64,000 nucleotides of DNA from Acidobacteriota bacterium (GCA_965248695.1 CBDFKD010000002.1:544001-608000); one strand, 5' to 3'. Shown: positions 37,236-47,990, counted from the first letter of the stretch. Numbers and translations: made by a program. Notes: generated from the sequence alone by a model not told the origin.

Positions 37236-38231
37236 ATGACCGCAGCGCGTCCGACCATCTACACCACCTGTCCCGAGCTCGAAGGCGACCAGCCAGGCTC
37301 GATCGCCAAACGCGTGATCGAGATCGCTCGCTGGTGTGAGTCTCGCGGGCACACCGGCATGCTGATCCGATCGAGCAATCGGCTCGCCGACCCCTGGGCG
37401 ATCGCCCAACTCCTTCTGCACGAGACCGAGTCACTGCGTCCCGTGGTCACAGTGCAGCCGCTCTACATGCACCCGTACACGGTAGCCAAGAAAGTCGCGA
37501 CGCTGGCCAACGTCTATGGGCGCGTCCCGGATCTGTACTTCGTGGCCGGCGGCTCCAACACCGATCTTCTGTCGCTCGATGACCGGGCGGGACACGACGG
37601 TCGCTATCGTCGCGTGACGGAATACGCCGAGATGATCAACGCGCTGTTGACGTCGACTCGTCCGATTACCCACGTTGGCGAGTCCTACCGCGTGTACAAG
37701 CCCGCTACGCTGGCACCACTTGCCGAGGACCAAAGGCCGCAGTTCTTCATCGCCGCGAGCAGTAGCGCGGGACGGCAGGCGGCCGAAGAGCTCGGAGCGC
37801 GGTCGGTATCGTCGCTCGGCTTCGGCGACGGTGCCGAGTGTCTGTTCCTGGGCCTGGTTGTGAGAGCCACCGAGGACGAGGCGTGGGACGTGGCGCGGGC
37901 GCGCTTCAAGGCCGACGCTGCCGGACGGCTGGCACATCGTCTCGATATGGCCTGGAACGACTCACGTTGGAACGATCGACTGAGTCGCCTCGCCGACTCG
38001 GACGACCGGGAGAACCTGTGGCTCGAGCCATTCGAGAACCGGCAATCGCGCAGCGCGTATCTCGTCGGCGATGCGCGTCAGACGGCACGTCACCTGCAGC
38101 AGGCCCTCGGGTCCGGGGCGCGGAGCTTTTTTCTCGAGCCACCCGACTGTCGCGCTGACATCGAACAGGCCAGCGACGCGCTCGAGCGCGCCTGGACACG
38201 CTTTCAATCGCCGCTCACCCTGAGCGCCTAG
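37236..38231 (+). CDS. LLM-class flavin-dependent monooxygenase (SsuD-like)
   Basis: DPWAIAQ...QPLYMHPYTVAK...SSSAG. Confidence 0.8.
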   Translation: MTAARPTIYTTCPELEGDQPGSIAKRVIEIARWCESRGHTGMLIRSSNRLADPWAIAQLLLHETESLRPVVTVQPLYMHPYTVAKKVATLANVYGRVPDLYFVAGGSNTDLLSLDDRAGHDGRYRRVTEYAEMINALLTSTRPITHVGESYRVYKPATLAPLAEDQRPQFFIAASSSAGRQAAEELGARSVSSLGFGDGAECLFLGLVVRATEDEAWDVARARFKADAAGRLAHRLDMAWNDSRWNDRLSRLADSDDRENLWLEPFENRQSRSAYLVGDARQTARHLQQALGSGARSFFLEPPDCRADIEQASDALERAWTRFQSPLTLSA

Positions 38232-38351
38232 GCGCGGACGGCGGCGCGATTAGCAGGTCACGGGTTCACGAGGCGACGCGCGCCCAGGCTCGGCAGCGCT
38301 GCGGGCAATTGTCCCTGGTTACCCCGTCGAGAGGACCCGAGCCGCAGTTGC

Positions 38352-38381
38352 TTGACAACCCTCGACGCGGGCCCTTACGTT
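38352..38381 (+). promoter_or_regulatory. Putative sigma70 promoter
   Basis: TTGACA-18 nt-TACGTT upstream of the VWA gene. Confidence 0.4.
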
Positions 38382-39852
38382 GCTTCGCGACTCGAGGGGG
38401 ATGCCACGAATGAGCTGTCGCAACTCGGCCGGCGGCGCCACACCTCCGGCGCACCGATGGGCTGGCGGGCGAGCCCGACTCGCCTGCCTGTTGATCGGCA
38501 CGGTGCTGGGCGCAGCGACCGCCTCCGCCCAGCAGTCGCAGTTGGGGGCACAGGCGCCGGGCACGCCGCACGCCATGCTCGAGGGCGCATGGTCTGCCAA
38601 CGCCGCCGGTAATCACGCCGAGGTGATCGACAGCGTCTCCCGGCTGCTGCAATCCGAGGAGCCGACGCCAGTGCGAGCCGAGGCCCTGCTGCTGCGTGCC
38701 CTCGCCCGCTATCGCCGCGACGAGCTCGGGGAAGCCGCAGACGACCTGCGGTCGGCGCTGCTGGCGTCGCCGACCTTGCAGACGGCCCTCGAGCTCGACT
38801 ACCGGTCCGGCACCGGGCTGGCGACCACGTCGGCAGCAGCCAACTGGCCTGGCGACTTCGCCGCCTGGTGCCGCGTGACGATCGCCGAAGCCGCCGCAGC
38901 GGTGAGCATCGACCTACCCGACGTCTCGCTCGAAGATCTCGATCTGGGAAGCGAAGTGCTCGAAGTGGCGGCACACTTCGTAGTCGATATCGAGATCGTG
39001 CGCATCCCGGTCATCGTGCTCGACTTCGACGGCTCCTTCATGTCTGGCCTCGAGGCCGACAGCTTTCGGGTGCGCGAGGGAACGGCGCTGCCGCAAGCGG
39101 TGACCTACATGATCTCGGAGCGCGACGCTACGAGTGTTGGAATCCTGGTGGACTCTAGCAGCGGCATGGCGGAATACGAGGTGGAGGCGCGCTTCGCCGT
39201 TTCCCGTCTCATCGAGACGCTGGCGGCCGAGGACGAGATCTTCCTCATCCAGTTCGCCGACGAAGCAAAATTCCTCAGCCCATCATCGCTCGATCGCGGG
39301 CTTCTGGCGGCGGCAATGCAAAACTACACGGTCGGCGGCGGTCGAGCCCTGTACGACGCCATCGCCCTGGGTCTGATCCAGATGCGGGACGCGACCTTCG
39401 ACAAGAAGGCGCTGATCGTGCTGTCGCTGGGCGATGACGCCGGCAGCGATACCGCCGAGGCCGACGTACGACTGGCGGCCCAGCGAGAGGGTGTCTCGAT
39501 CCACGGCATCGTGCTTCGCAACGGAGCGCCCCGCTGGCGTCCCGGCGCGGCAGAGGAGGCCGCCGCGGCCGACGGAGACGCTGCCGCTCGGGCTCCGACG
39601 ACGTTCCTGCAACAGCTGGTTCACCACACCGGTGGTTTGGTGGCGCTGCGGCCGCAGGTCGAGGATCGTTTCGGCGGGCTGGGCGGATGGCTGCGTGGTG
39701 CGAGCACCGACATCACCGACTACGTGAACAATCAGTACCTCATCCTGCACGAGTCGCCTGACCCGCCGCAGCGCGGACAGTGGAAACAGCTCGCCGTTGA
39801 AGTAGGCCCCTTACACGAGCGCGTGCGCTCGCGCAGCGGGTACGTGCGATAA
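38380..39852 (+). CDS. Exported TPR + VWA domain protein
   Basis: Signal peptide, TPR-like helices, DSSSGM MIDAS-like, ALYDAI, KKALIV, RSRSGY; start may be 38410. Confidence 0.8.
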   Translation: MLRDSRGMPRMSCRNSAGGATPPAHRWAGGRARLACLLIGTVLGAATASAQQSQLGAQAPGTPHAMLEGAWSANAAGNHAEVIDSVSRLLQSEEPTPVRAEALLLRALARYRRDELGEAADDLRSALLASPTLQTALELDYRSGTGLATTSAAANWPGDFAAWCRVTIAEAAAAVSIDLPDVSLEDLDLGSEVLEVAAHFVVDIEIVRIPVIVLDFDGSFMSGLEADSFRVREGTALPQAVTYMISERDATSVGILVDSSSGMAEYEVEARFAVSRLIETLAAEDEIFLIQFADEAKFLSPSSLDRGLLAAAMQNYTVGGGRALYDAIALGLIQMRDATFDKKALIVLSLGDDAGSDTAEADVRLAAQREGVSIHGIVLRNGAPRWRPGAAEEAAAADGDAAARAPTTFLQQLVHHTGGLVALRPQVEDRFGGLGGWLRGASTDITDYVNNQYLILHESPDPPQRGQWKQLAVEVGPLHERVRSRSGYVR

Positions 39853-39863
39853 GTTCTCGTCCC

Positions 39864-40937
39864 ATGGCTTCATCCCCTAGAAGCACATGGGAGATCACCG
39901 TCGCGACGTCGGACTCTCGCGGGGCCTCGCGACCCGTGCCGCCGCCGTTGGTAATGGGGCACGGCAACGCCTGCGTGGTGATCCTGTCCCACCCGACGGT
40001 AGCCGCCGAGCACGCGCAAATCGTCCCTAGGGACGGGACTTTCTGGCTCGAGGATCTGGGCACCGCTCACGGCTCGTTCGTCAACGAGCTCCGCATCAGC
40101 AAGCACGCTCTCAAGCGGGGCGACTGGATTCACCTCGGCGAGTGTTCCACCCAGATCGAGGTCGTCGAATGCGATGACTGGATCCGTCTGGCGCTCGACG
40201 AGGCAGACGTCGTGATGGTACGCACGGCCCGGGCGGTGGTCCGGGCCGACGTTGGCACCGAGACCGATGCCGGCGCCATCATCGCCGGTATTGCATTCGG
40301 CGATCGCGGCGAGGCGCGGCAGCTCAAATGGGCTGGCATCGCCGCGCTGCTGGCGCACTTCGCCATGTTCGCGGCCCTGCTACCGGTTTCGGCCGGCCCC
40401 GACCTGTTCGAGCTCGAGGACAACGCGGTGGTCATCCGGCGCTACCAGCCTCCGGAGCCTCCGAAGCCCCAACGGGTAGTGCGCCGGCGAACAGTGCAGC
40501 GAATCCCGATCCCCGACCCCACCCCCGACGCGCCCGAGGTGATCATGGACCTGGAGCCTCCGGAGCTCGGCGATCTGGAGGAGGTCGACACCGACTTCAC
40601 CGACTTGCCGCTGGCCGGTTTCGGCCCGCCGCCGGGGCCGGCGGCGGTCGAGATGACCGCGGAGGGGCTGGTCCCACCCGGATTGCTGGAGCGCGTGGAT
40701 CCGGAGTATGACCGCACTAGAGCCCGGCGGGGCATTCAGGGAAGGGCCGATATCGAGATCATCATCGACGAGGCGGGGGCAGTGATCTTCTCCCGCCTGA
40801 TCAACAGCACCACCGATGAGGAGCTCGACAGCGCCGCGCTGGAGGCGATTCGCCAGTGGCGCTTCAGCGCCGCGACGCTCGACGGTGAGGAGGTTCGCGT
40901 CCGCGCCGTCGTGACGATCAACTTCCGGATCTACTAG
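39864..40937 (+). CDS. FHA domain-TM-TonB C-terminal fusion protein
   Basis: FHA fold (WLEDLG..GSFVN..LKRGD), TM with His, Pro-rich linker, PEY...GIQG...AIRQWRF. Confidence 0.8.
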   Translation: MASSPRSTWEITVATSDSRGASRPVPPPLVMGHGNACVVILSHPTVAAEHAQIVPRDGTFWLEDLGTAHGSFVNELRISKHALKRGDWIHLGECSTQIEVVECDDWIRLALDEADVVMVRTARAVVRADVGTETDAGAIIAGIAFGDRGEARQLKWAGIAALLAHFAMFAALLPVSAGPDLFELEDNAVVIRRYQPPEPPKPQRVVRRRTVQRIPIPDPTPDAPEVIMDLEPPELGDLEEVDTDFTDLPLAGFGPPPGPAAVEMTAEGLVPPGLLERVDPEYDRTRARRGIQGRADIEIIIDEAGAVIFSRLINSTTDEELDSAALEAIRQWRFSAATLDGEEVRVRAVVTINFRIY

Positions 40938-40997
40938 CCATCACTGGCGCAAGACGGTCTGCAGCGACGGCAAGGCGACGATGACGGCGATGACCAG

Positions 40998-41441
40998 CTA
41001 GACCCGCGCCTCGATGGCGTCGGTGAGTCGGCTGAGCCCCTGCTTGGTGAGCATGCGCGCTGTCATGTCGAGCAGGCGCTGGCCGAGTCCGGCGAGCTTG
41101 CCGCCGACCTGCACATCGAGGTCGTACTCGAGCACCGTGCCCTCGCCGTCGTCGTGCAGCCGGATACCCCCGCTGCCCTCGACGAATCCGGGACCACCGC
41201 GCCCCTCCATGCGCATCGAATACGAATCCGGCGGGCACAGATCGTCGAGCTTGACTCGACCTTCGAAGTTGCCCTGAACCGGCCCCACTCCGAGCGCCAG
41301 CGCACCGGCGAACTCGTTGTCCCCTACCCGCTCCAGACGACGAAAGCCCGGCAGCGTGCCGGCAAGAACCTCCGGATCCAGCAGTGATTCCCAGACGATC
41401 TGGCGGGGGGCGTCGATTTTCTGTCGGCCAGCCACTTTCAT
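40998..41441 (-). CDS. CoxG/SRPBCC family protein
   Basis: VWESLLDP, GGKLAGLGQRL. Confidence 0.85.
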   Translation of the reverse strand: MKVAGRQKIDAPRQIVWESLLDPEVLAGTLPGFRRLERVGDNEFAGALALGVGPVQGNFEGRVKLDDLCPPDSYSMRMEGRGGPGFVEGSGGIRLHDDGEGTVLEYDLDVQVGGKLAGLGQRLLDMTARMLTKQGLSRLTDAIEARV

Positions 41442-41500
41442 GAGGCGCCATTCTACGTCCTCCCGGTTCCAGTAGACTGCGCCCCGCGAGGGAGGCTGGC

Positions 41501-42835
41501 TTGAGCAAGGTCGCATATGGCATCGACGAACGCCCGGCCCGATGGTGGGAGACGGCCCTCTACGGGTGGCAACACACGCTCGTCGACATCTCCCCGTTCG
41601 TTCTACCGCTGGCGGTGGCGGCGGCGATCGGAATGGACGATGGTGCCAGCGCCGCGCTGATCAACTATTCGCTGGTCGCCATGGGTCTGGCGACGCTGAT
41701 TCAGACCACCTTCGGCAACCGACTGCCGATCGTACAGGGGCCGTCGGCCACTCTCACGGGCACGCTGGCCCCGGTAGGGGCGCAACTCGGGCCAGCCGCT
41801 ATGTGGGGAGCCGCGTTCGTCGGCGCGGCGGTCGAAGCGCTCGTCGGCGGCACGCGTACGCTCGGCAGGCTCCGGCGCTTCTTCCCACCGGTGGTCTCGG
41901 GTGTGGTCGTGGTGACCATCGGACTGTCGCTCGGGCAACTGGCGGTAAGACTCAGCGTCGGCGACGGCAGCGCGGCGAACCTCGGGTTCGCGGCGGTGAC
42001 GATCCTGCTGGTGACCGTGCTACAGGTGGGAGGTCGGAGCATTGCCGGCGGGCTGATCTCGCGTGCCGCGATCTTCGTCACGATCTGGGTCGTTGGACTC
42101 GGCGGCGGCAGCTTGCTCGGTCGGGTCGACTGGAACCTGGTGGCAACCAAGCCGTGGTTCGAGATCCCCAGGGCGTTCCCGTACGGTGGACCCGGATTCG
42201 GATGGGAGTTCGGAGCCGCGGCGATCGTGGCCGTGCTGGCGGGCTACTTCGGTTCGATGGTCGAATCCATCGGCGACTACGTGGCCACCTGCTCGGTGGT
42301 GGACGAGCCGCTTACCCAACGCCACGTCGACCGCGGCATCGCCGCGGAGGGCGTTGGTTGCCTGCTGGCGCTAGCGGTAGGTGGCCTGCCGTGCACCAGC
42401 TATACGCAGAACATCGGCATCATCAAAGCCACCGGTGTGGGCAGTCGCTTCGTCGTTCGCGTCGCCGCTGTCGTCCTGTTGCTGTACGGGCTGTGTCCGA
42501 AGTTCGGCGCCCTGCTGGTGGCCTTGCCGCGGCCGGTGCTCGGTGGCGTGTTCGTGATCGTCTGCGGGCTGATCGCCACCACCGGGATCGCCATGCTGGC
42601 GGGCACCGGTGAGGATGACCGGGCGGCGCTGATCGCCGGCATCACGCTGGTCGTAGCGCTGGGGTTACCGACCTTCACGCAGTCGGTGCTCGGTCCGGCC
42701 TGGCTAGAGTCGCTACCGCAGCTGCCACGGCTGCTGGTAACCAACCCGGTTGTGCTGTCGGTTCTGCTGGCCGTTACCCTCAACGCCGGACTGGGCATGT
42801 TCAGGGAACGCGCAGATCGACAGCACTACAGCTGA
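41501..42835 (+). CDS. NCS2 nucleobase:cation symporter
   Basis: QH in TM1, RLPIVQGPS, ESIGD, TSYTQNIG signature. Confidence 0.9.
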   Translation: MSKVAYGIDERPARWWETALYGWQHTLVDISPFVLPLAVAAAIGMDDGASAALINYSLVAMGLATLIQTTFGNRLPIVQGPSATLTGTLAPVGAQLGPAAMWGAAFVGAAVEALVGGTRTLGRLRRFFPPVVSGVVVVTIGLSLGQLAVRLSVGDGSAANLGFAAVTILLVTVLQVGGRSIAGGLISRAAIFVTIWVVGLGGGSLLGRVDWNLVATKPWFEIPRAFPYGGPGFGWEFGAAAIVAVLAGYFGSMVESIGDYVATCSVVDEPLTQRHVDRGIAAEGVGCLLALAVGGLPCTSYTQNIGIIKATGVGSRFVVRVAAVVLLLYGLCPKFGALLVALPRPVLGGVFVIVCGLIATTGIAMLAGTGEDDRAALIAGITLVVALGLPTFTQSVLGPAWLESLPQLPRLLVTNPVVLSVLLAVTLNAGLGMFRERADRQHYS

Positions 42836-43319
42836 CGGCATACCCCAGGGCGCGCTTGGTAACCGGAAACACGCGCGCCGCCGCCATTCCCAGTGCCAGC
42901 TCGACCAGTCCGGCCTCACCGTACAGCTCGCGGAGCCGCTCCCGATGCGGCCCCTCCGAGTCCGTGGCGGCGAGCACCGCTTGGGCGAAGGCGTAGGCCT
43001 CCCGCGCCTCATCCGGCAGGCTCTCCAGGTTGCCGTCGAGCGTTGCTCGCACGACGTCGCCCGGCACACCATCCTCGAGCGCGAGATTCACCTCGATCTG
43101 CACGCATGTTCCGCAATCTTCACGCTGGGTCGCGACCAGTCGCGCAACCCAGTAGGGCACCGCCGGTAGCAGCTTGCGGTGCTCGGCCATGGGCGTGAAC
43201 ATGCCGAACTTCAATGCCGCGGGCACCGAGGCACGAATGATGTGGCGGATGTATTCGAGTGAGGCGCCGAGCTTGCGCTCCTGGCGGGCGACACCGTGCA
43301 GCATGAGCCGCCGGATCAT
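42801..43319 (-). CDS. AhpD/CMD-like protein
   Basis: EDCGTC CxxC, YGEAGLVEL. Confidence 0.7.
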   Translation of the reverse strand: MIRRLMLHGVARQERKLGASLEYIRHIIRASVPAALKFGMFTPMAEHRKLLPAVPYWVARLVATQREDCGTCVQIEVNLALEDGVPGDVVRATLDGNLESLPDEAREAYAFAQAVLAATDSEGPHRERLRELYGEAGLVELALGMAAARVFPVTKRALGYAVSCSAVDLRVP

Positions 43320-44728
43320 GCTTCCAGCATGGGCGGAACGCCGATCGGCCGTACTGCTTGCACCGCGGCGGCCGCTGACAGCACGTGCCCTTCGCCGCCG
43401 GGGCCGGCGACGATCTGCAAGCCCACGGGCAAGCCGCTGGCGTCGAGACCTGCCGGCACGGAGGCGACCGGAAGGCCGGCGAGACTCAGCAGGAAGGTCG
43501 GTGCGATCCAGTCGACGTAGGTCTCCATCGGCTTGCCGGCGATGGACTCGGGGTAGTTCTGGTCGACCGGGAATGGAGGTATGGCCATCGTCGGCGTAAG
43601 CAGATGGTCAAAGTGGCGGAACAACTGGCGGAACTGCTCCCAGACGCGGCCGCGGACTTGCTCTGCGGCCGCGAAGTCCAGCGCCGCGGTCCCGAGACCG
43701 GCCTCGACGTTGCCACGCAAGTTGTCGCCGAACTCGTCGCGGCGGTCCAGGCGCGCGAACTGCTGCGCCACCATCCAGTATCCGCGCAGCGCCAGGAACG
43801 CCGAGCGCGCGTAGGAGAGGTCGAATTCGATCTCCTCTACATTCGCCCCGGCCGCAACCAGCGCGTCGATCGCCTCACGGCATACGCTCTCCACCTGCGG
43901 ATCGATTCCGATCGCTGCAACATCGGTGCAATAGGCCAGCCGCATCCCCTTGACCGGGCGGTCGCGGATCAGGTCGCCGAAGTCACGGTAGTCAATCGAC
44001 TCACCGACGGGAGCGAACGGGCTCGGCCCAGCAACCGCCTGCAGCGCTAACGCCAGATCCTCGGCAGTGCGCGCCATGAGCCCAGTCGCCTGCATCGTGT
44101 CCCAGGGGTAGCCACTCGGCCAGGTCGGAACAAGGCCCGGTGTCGGGCGGATTCCGACAACGCCGCAGAACGACGCCGGGATACGCAACGAGCCGCCCAG
44201 ATCGGTTCCCTCGGCAATATCGATCATGCCGGTTGCCAGGGCCGCTGCTCCGCCGCCGGTGGATCCGCCGGCCGACAGGTCTGGATTCCACGGATTGCGT
44301 GTCGCTCCGAACACATCGTTGAAGGTGTTGCCGCCGGTGGCAAACTCGGGGGTGTTGGTCTTGCCGAGGATGATGGCTCCGGCGTCGCGCAGCCGTTGCA
44401 CCACGACCGCATCGACATCGGCGACGTTGTCGGCGTATAGGGGGCTGCCGTACGTGTGGCGTAGGCCCCGCACAGGAGTGACGTCCTTGATGCCAACCGG
44501 CAGGCCGCACAGCGGCCCGGCTTCCTCACCGCTCTGAAGCCGCGCCTCGAGGTCGCGCGCCTGATCCATCGCGGTGTCCGAGAGCGTTACCACGGCGTTG
44601 AGCGTCGGGCTGAGGGCCTCGACGCGGCGCAGTGCGTCGGCAATCACCTCGACCGGAGATTGCTCACCCGCGGAGACCCTTCGAACGGTCTCGCTCGCGC
44701 TCGGCAACAGCTGCCCGTCAGCGCTCAT
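43316..44728 (-). CDS. Amidase-signature family amidase
   Basis: GIKD, GKTNTPEF, GGSTGG, GTDLGGSLRIPA. Confidence 0.92.
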   Translation of the reverse strand: MSADGQLLPSASETVRRVSAGEQSPVEVIADALRRVEALSPTLNAVVTLSDTAMDQARDLEARLQSGEEAGPLCGLPVGIKDVTPVRGLRHTYGSPLYADNVADVDAVVVQRLRDAGAIILGKTNTPEFATGGNTFNDVFGATRNPWNPDLSAGGSTGGGAAALATGMIDIAEGTDLGGSLRIPASFCGVVGIRPTPGLVPTWPSGYPWDTMQATGLMARTAEDLALALQAVAGPSPFAPVGESIDYRDFGDLIRDRPVKGMRLAYCTDVAAIGIDPQVESVCREAIDALVAAGANVEEIEFDLSYARSAFLALRGYWMVAQQFARLDRRDEFGDNLRGNVEAGLGTAALDFAAAEQVRGRVWEQFRQLFRHFDHLLTPTMAIPPFPVDQNYPESIAGKPMETYVDWIAPTFLLSLAGLPVASVPAGLDASGLPVGLQIVAGPGGEGHVLSAAAAVQAVRPIGVPPMLEA

Positions 44729-44753
44729 CCCGATCCTCCGGACAACCCGGTAT

Positions 44754-45542
44754 CTACTCCTCGACGAACGCCACGACGCGGCAGAACGCCGCCTCGCCGC
44801 CGCGGAACTTCCACGGGAAACAACCCAGCGTCAGGCGGCGGTCGTGGAGATCCGGGTTGTTTATGTCGCCGCCGAGATTCTCGATGTGCATGCAGTTGGA
44901 TGGGAACAGCGCGTTGTGGGTCAGCTGGTAGTCGGATTCCGGGAACAGCTCGGCTACCCCTTCGGGGCCGCCGAACTTGTCCTCGCAGGCCTTCCGTACG
45001 CGGTCGCAGTGATTGAACATTCCCTTGCCGAGGAACCGCCCGATCGGAAGGTTCATCGGATGGTCGGTGGACACTGCATCCAGACCCCAGATATGGATCT
45101 TCTTGTCCAGCAGCCACGGCACGAGGTCTGGGTGGGCGCCCGGGTGACGATGGATGTACTTCTCCTCGTCGGGCTCGGACCCGAACTGGGCGTGCTTCTC
45201 CCAGCCGGTGTGCAGCAGCAGCATGTCGCCCTCATGCACCTCGACGTGAGCCTCGATCATCTCGGGCGTGTAGACGTCGAGCTCGTCGAGCTCGTCGGCC
45301 AAGTTGACGATCACCCCGGGGCCGTAGAGCCAGTCCATCGGGATCTCGTCGATCGTCATGCCGCCGGTGACGAAGTGGCGCGGCGCATCCAGGTGCGTGC
45401 CCATGTGGTTGGAGGTCTGGATGTACTGCGCGTTCACGCCGTGCTCGGCCTTGCGCTTGATGTATTTGACCTCGAACGGCGGGTAATACGGCCAGAACGA
45501 GACCTCCTGGTTCAGCGGCTGCGAGAGGTCGTAGGGCTTCAT
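44754..45542 (-). CDS. Cyclase/kynurenine formamidase-family metal hydrolase
   Basis: HMGTHLDAPRH motif. Confidence 0.9.
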   Translation of the reverse strand: MKPYDLSQPLNQEVSFWPYYPPFEVKYIKRKAEHGVNAQYIQTSNHMGTHLDAPRHFVTGGMTIDEIPMDWLYGPGVIVNLADELDELDVYTPEMIEAHVEVHEGDMLLLHTGWEKHAQFGSEPDEEKYIHRHPGAHPDLVPWLLDKKIHIWGLDAVSTDHPMNLPIGRFLGKGMFNHCDRVRKACEDKFGGPEGVAELFPESDYQLTHNALFPSNCMHIENLGGDINNPDLHDRRLTLGCFPWKFRGGEAAFCRVVAFVEE

Positions 45543-45585
45543 CTTTTCTCCGTTTCGTTGCGTCCGGCGAGGATCGTAACAGGAG

Positions 45586-47100
45586 CTATGGCTGACCGTC
45601 GGGCGGCGGCGCGGTCACCTGGGACCCGGACTTCGGCCGCATCAGCGCCCAGTGGACCGCAAAGCTCACGATCGTGGCGGAAAACCAGGCGCTGTCGAAA
45701 AGGAACGATGCCGCCGGAGCCAGCTTGCCCAGCAGCGCCGTGCCGACGCCGGCACCCAGAGCCACCATGGCATGGCCGTTGACGCCGTTGCCGTACGTGT
45801 ACTCGCCGCACTCAGCATACAGATCCTCGACCCGAAGCCGCAGCCGTCGAACCACGAGATAGTCGCAGGCGATCACGCCACCCACGGCGCCCAGCAGACC
45901 GGAGTAGCTGATGAGCCATCCCTGGTACTGATCGAGCAACTGCCACGGCATGCTGACCACGGCCAGCAACCCGGCGATCAGACCGCCGGTACGGAAGCTG
46001 ATCCGGCGTGGTGCCAGCGCCGAGAAGCTGTTCGCCGGCGCCACGACGTTGGCAGCGATGTTGGTGCTCAGCGTGGCGAGCATCAACACAGCCATCGCCA
46101 GCAGGCCGAGCAGCGGGCTGTCGTACTCGCTCGTGAGCCGTGCCAGCAGATCGACCGGGTTCCAGATCGCCTCGCCGTAGAGGATTACCGTGGCACTGGT
46201 CACGGCGACGCCGATAAAGGCGAAGAGCGGCATGGTGGTCAATAACCCGATTGCCTGCCCCGAGATCTGGTCGCGCTGGCTGCGGGCGTAGCGCGTGAAG
46301 TCGGGGATATTCAACGACAGGGTCGCCCAGTAGCCCACCATCGCGGTAAGCCACGGCATGAAGAAGCCGAAGAACCAGCGCAACGGTGGCTGGGCTTCGG
46401 CGTCGGACACCAGCGCATCGGTGCGTGCCAGGATCGCGCCGATGCCGCCGACGCGTGACGCCGCCCAGTACAGCAAGGACACACCGACGACGATGAGAAA
46501 CGGCGCGGTCACCGTCTCGAGCCAACGGATCGACTCCGTCCCCGCGTAGACGAAGTACATGTTGAGCGCCCAGAAGAGCAGGAAGGAGATGTACGCCGGC
46601 GCGCCGTATCCCATGAACGCGAAGCCGCCCCCGACCTGCGCCCAGCCGTCCCACAGGATCGTCATGATGGCATTGATCGCGGTGCCACCGATCCAGGTTT
46701 GAATGCCGAACCAGCCGCAGGCGACCACGGCGCGTAGCAGCGATGGCACATGCGCTCCGCGGACGCCGAACGCAGCTCGCGCGAAAGCAGGGAACGGGAT
46801 GCCGTAACGGGTGCCTGCATGGCCGTTCAGGGCCAGGGGGACGAGCACGATCGCGTTTCCCAGCAGGATCGTGAACAGCGCCAGCCGCCACCCCATGCCA
46901 GCTTGCACCATGCTCGACGCCAGCATGTAGGTGGGAATGCAAACACTCATACCGACCCACAGGGCGGCCAGGTTCCAGCGGCTCCAGGTACGGGCGGACA
47001 ACGGGGTCGGAGCGATGTCGGCGTTGAGCAGGTTGGAGGCGGGGAGCGCCGCGGTCAGCTCGACCGGCGGCTCGTCGAGCAACGCTCGCCACCGACTCAC
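45586..47100 (-). CDS. NCS1 nucleobase:cation symporter
   Basis: LWVGMSVCIP, CGWFGIQTW, LNIPDFTRY, NIAAN. Confidence 0.92.
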   Translation of the reverse strand: MSRWRALLDEPPVELTAALPASNLLNADIAPTPLSARTWSRWNLAALWVGMSVCIPTYMLASSMVQAGMGWRLALFTILLGNAIVLVPLALNGHAGTRYGIPFPAFARAAFGVRGAHVPSLLRAVVACGWFGIQTWIGGTAINAIMTILWDGWAQVGGGFAFMGYGAPAYISFLLFWALNMYFVYAGTESIRWLETVTAPFLIVVGVSLLYWAASRVGGIGAILARTDALVSDAEAQPPLRWFFGFFMPWLTAMVGYWATLSLNIPDFTRYARSQRDQISGQAIGLLTTMPLFAFIGVAVTSATVILYGEAIWNPVDLLARLTSEYDSPLLGLLAMAVLMLATLSTNIAANVVAPANSFSALAPRRISFRTGGLIAGLLAVVSMPWQLLDQYQGWLISYSGLLGAVGGVIACDYLVVRRLRLRVEDLYAECGEYTYGNGVNGHAMVALGAGVGTALLGKLAPAASFLFDSAWFSATIVSFAVHWALMRPKSGSQVTAPPPDGQP

Positions 47101-47990
47101 GCAGGCTCTCCGGCCTGGCGGGCTCGTTCTCCGGCACGCGAAACGACCCGCCGCACCATGACACCGGCCAGATGACGCCGGAACTCCACGCTGGCATGCA
47201 GATCGGCCGGCGGATCGATGTCGGCCTGTGCCGCCATCTCGGCGGCCGCGGCGACTCGTTCGTCCGACAGCTCACCGCCGATCAGCGCCTCGGCGGCGGT
47301 CGCGGCGAGCACTGGCCCCTCGCCGACGGAAAGCAAACCGATCCGCGCATCGGTGCAGCAGCCAGCGTCGTCCACCGTCACCGCAGCAGCCACGCCGACG
47401 AGCGCGTAGTCGCCGTGCCGTCGTGCAACCTCGTCGAACGCCCAGCCCGTCCGCGGGGTCGGTGCCGGCAGCGCGATCTCGGTCAGCACCTCTCCCGGCT
47501 CCAGCGCGGTGGTCAGCAAGCCGAAGAAAAAATCGCTCACATCGATCGTGCGCTCGCCGCCGTCGTGACTACGAGCGCGAAGCTTAGCGTCGAGCACCAG
47601 CGCTACGGCGGGTAACTCGCTGGCCGGATCAGCGTGCGCGATGCTGCCACCGAAGGTTCCCCGATTGCGGATCTGCGGATGTGCGATATGCGGCATCGTC
47701 TGGTGTACGAGCGGCGCGCGCTCGGCCACCAGCGGGTGTGTCTCGACCACGGCCTGGCGTGTCATGGCACCGATGTGCAATCCGCCGTCGTCGGCCGCCT
47801 CGACGTAGGCAAGGTCGCTGAGCCGGTTCAGATCGACGAGGATCGCCGGCTGTGCCAGCCGGAAGTTCATCGCCGGGATGAGGCTCTGGCCCCCGGCCAG
47901 CACCGTCGCCTCCCAGGGATCCTCGGCGAGGATCTCGAGCGCCTCGTCGAGCGTCTCTGGTGCGTGATAGCGGAAGGCCGCAGGCTTCAC
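47097..47990 (-). CDS. Molybdo-hydroxylase FAD subunit (CoxM-like)
   Basis: GTG 47990; LAGGQSL, IRNRGTFGGS, ADPASE. Confidence 0.9.
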   Translation of the reverse strand: MKPAAFRYHAPETLDEALEILAEDPWEATVLAGGQSLIPAMNFRLAQPAILVDLNRLSDLAYVEAADDGGLHIGAMTRQAVVETHPLVAERAPLVHQTMPHIAHPQIRNRGTFGGSIAHADPASELPAVALVLDAKLRARSHDGGERTIDVSDFFFGLLTTALEPGEVLTEIALPAPTPRTGWAFDEVARRHGDYALVGVAAAVTVDDAGCCTDARIGLLSVGEGPVLAATAAEALIGGELSDERVAAAAEMAAQADIDPPADLHASVEFRRHLAGVMVRRVVSRAGERARQAGEPA

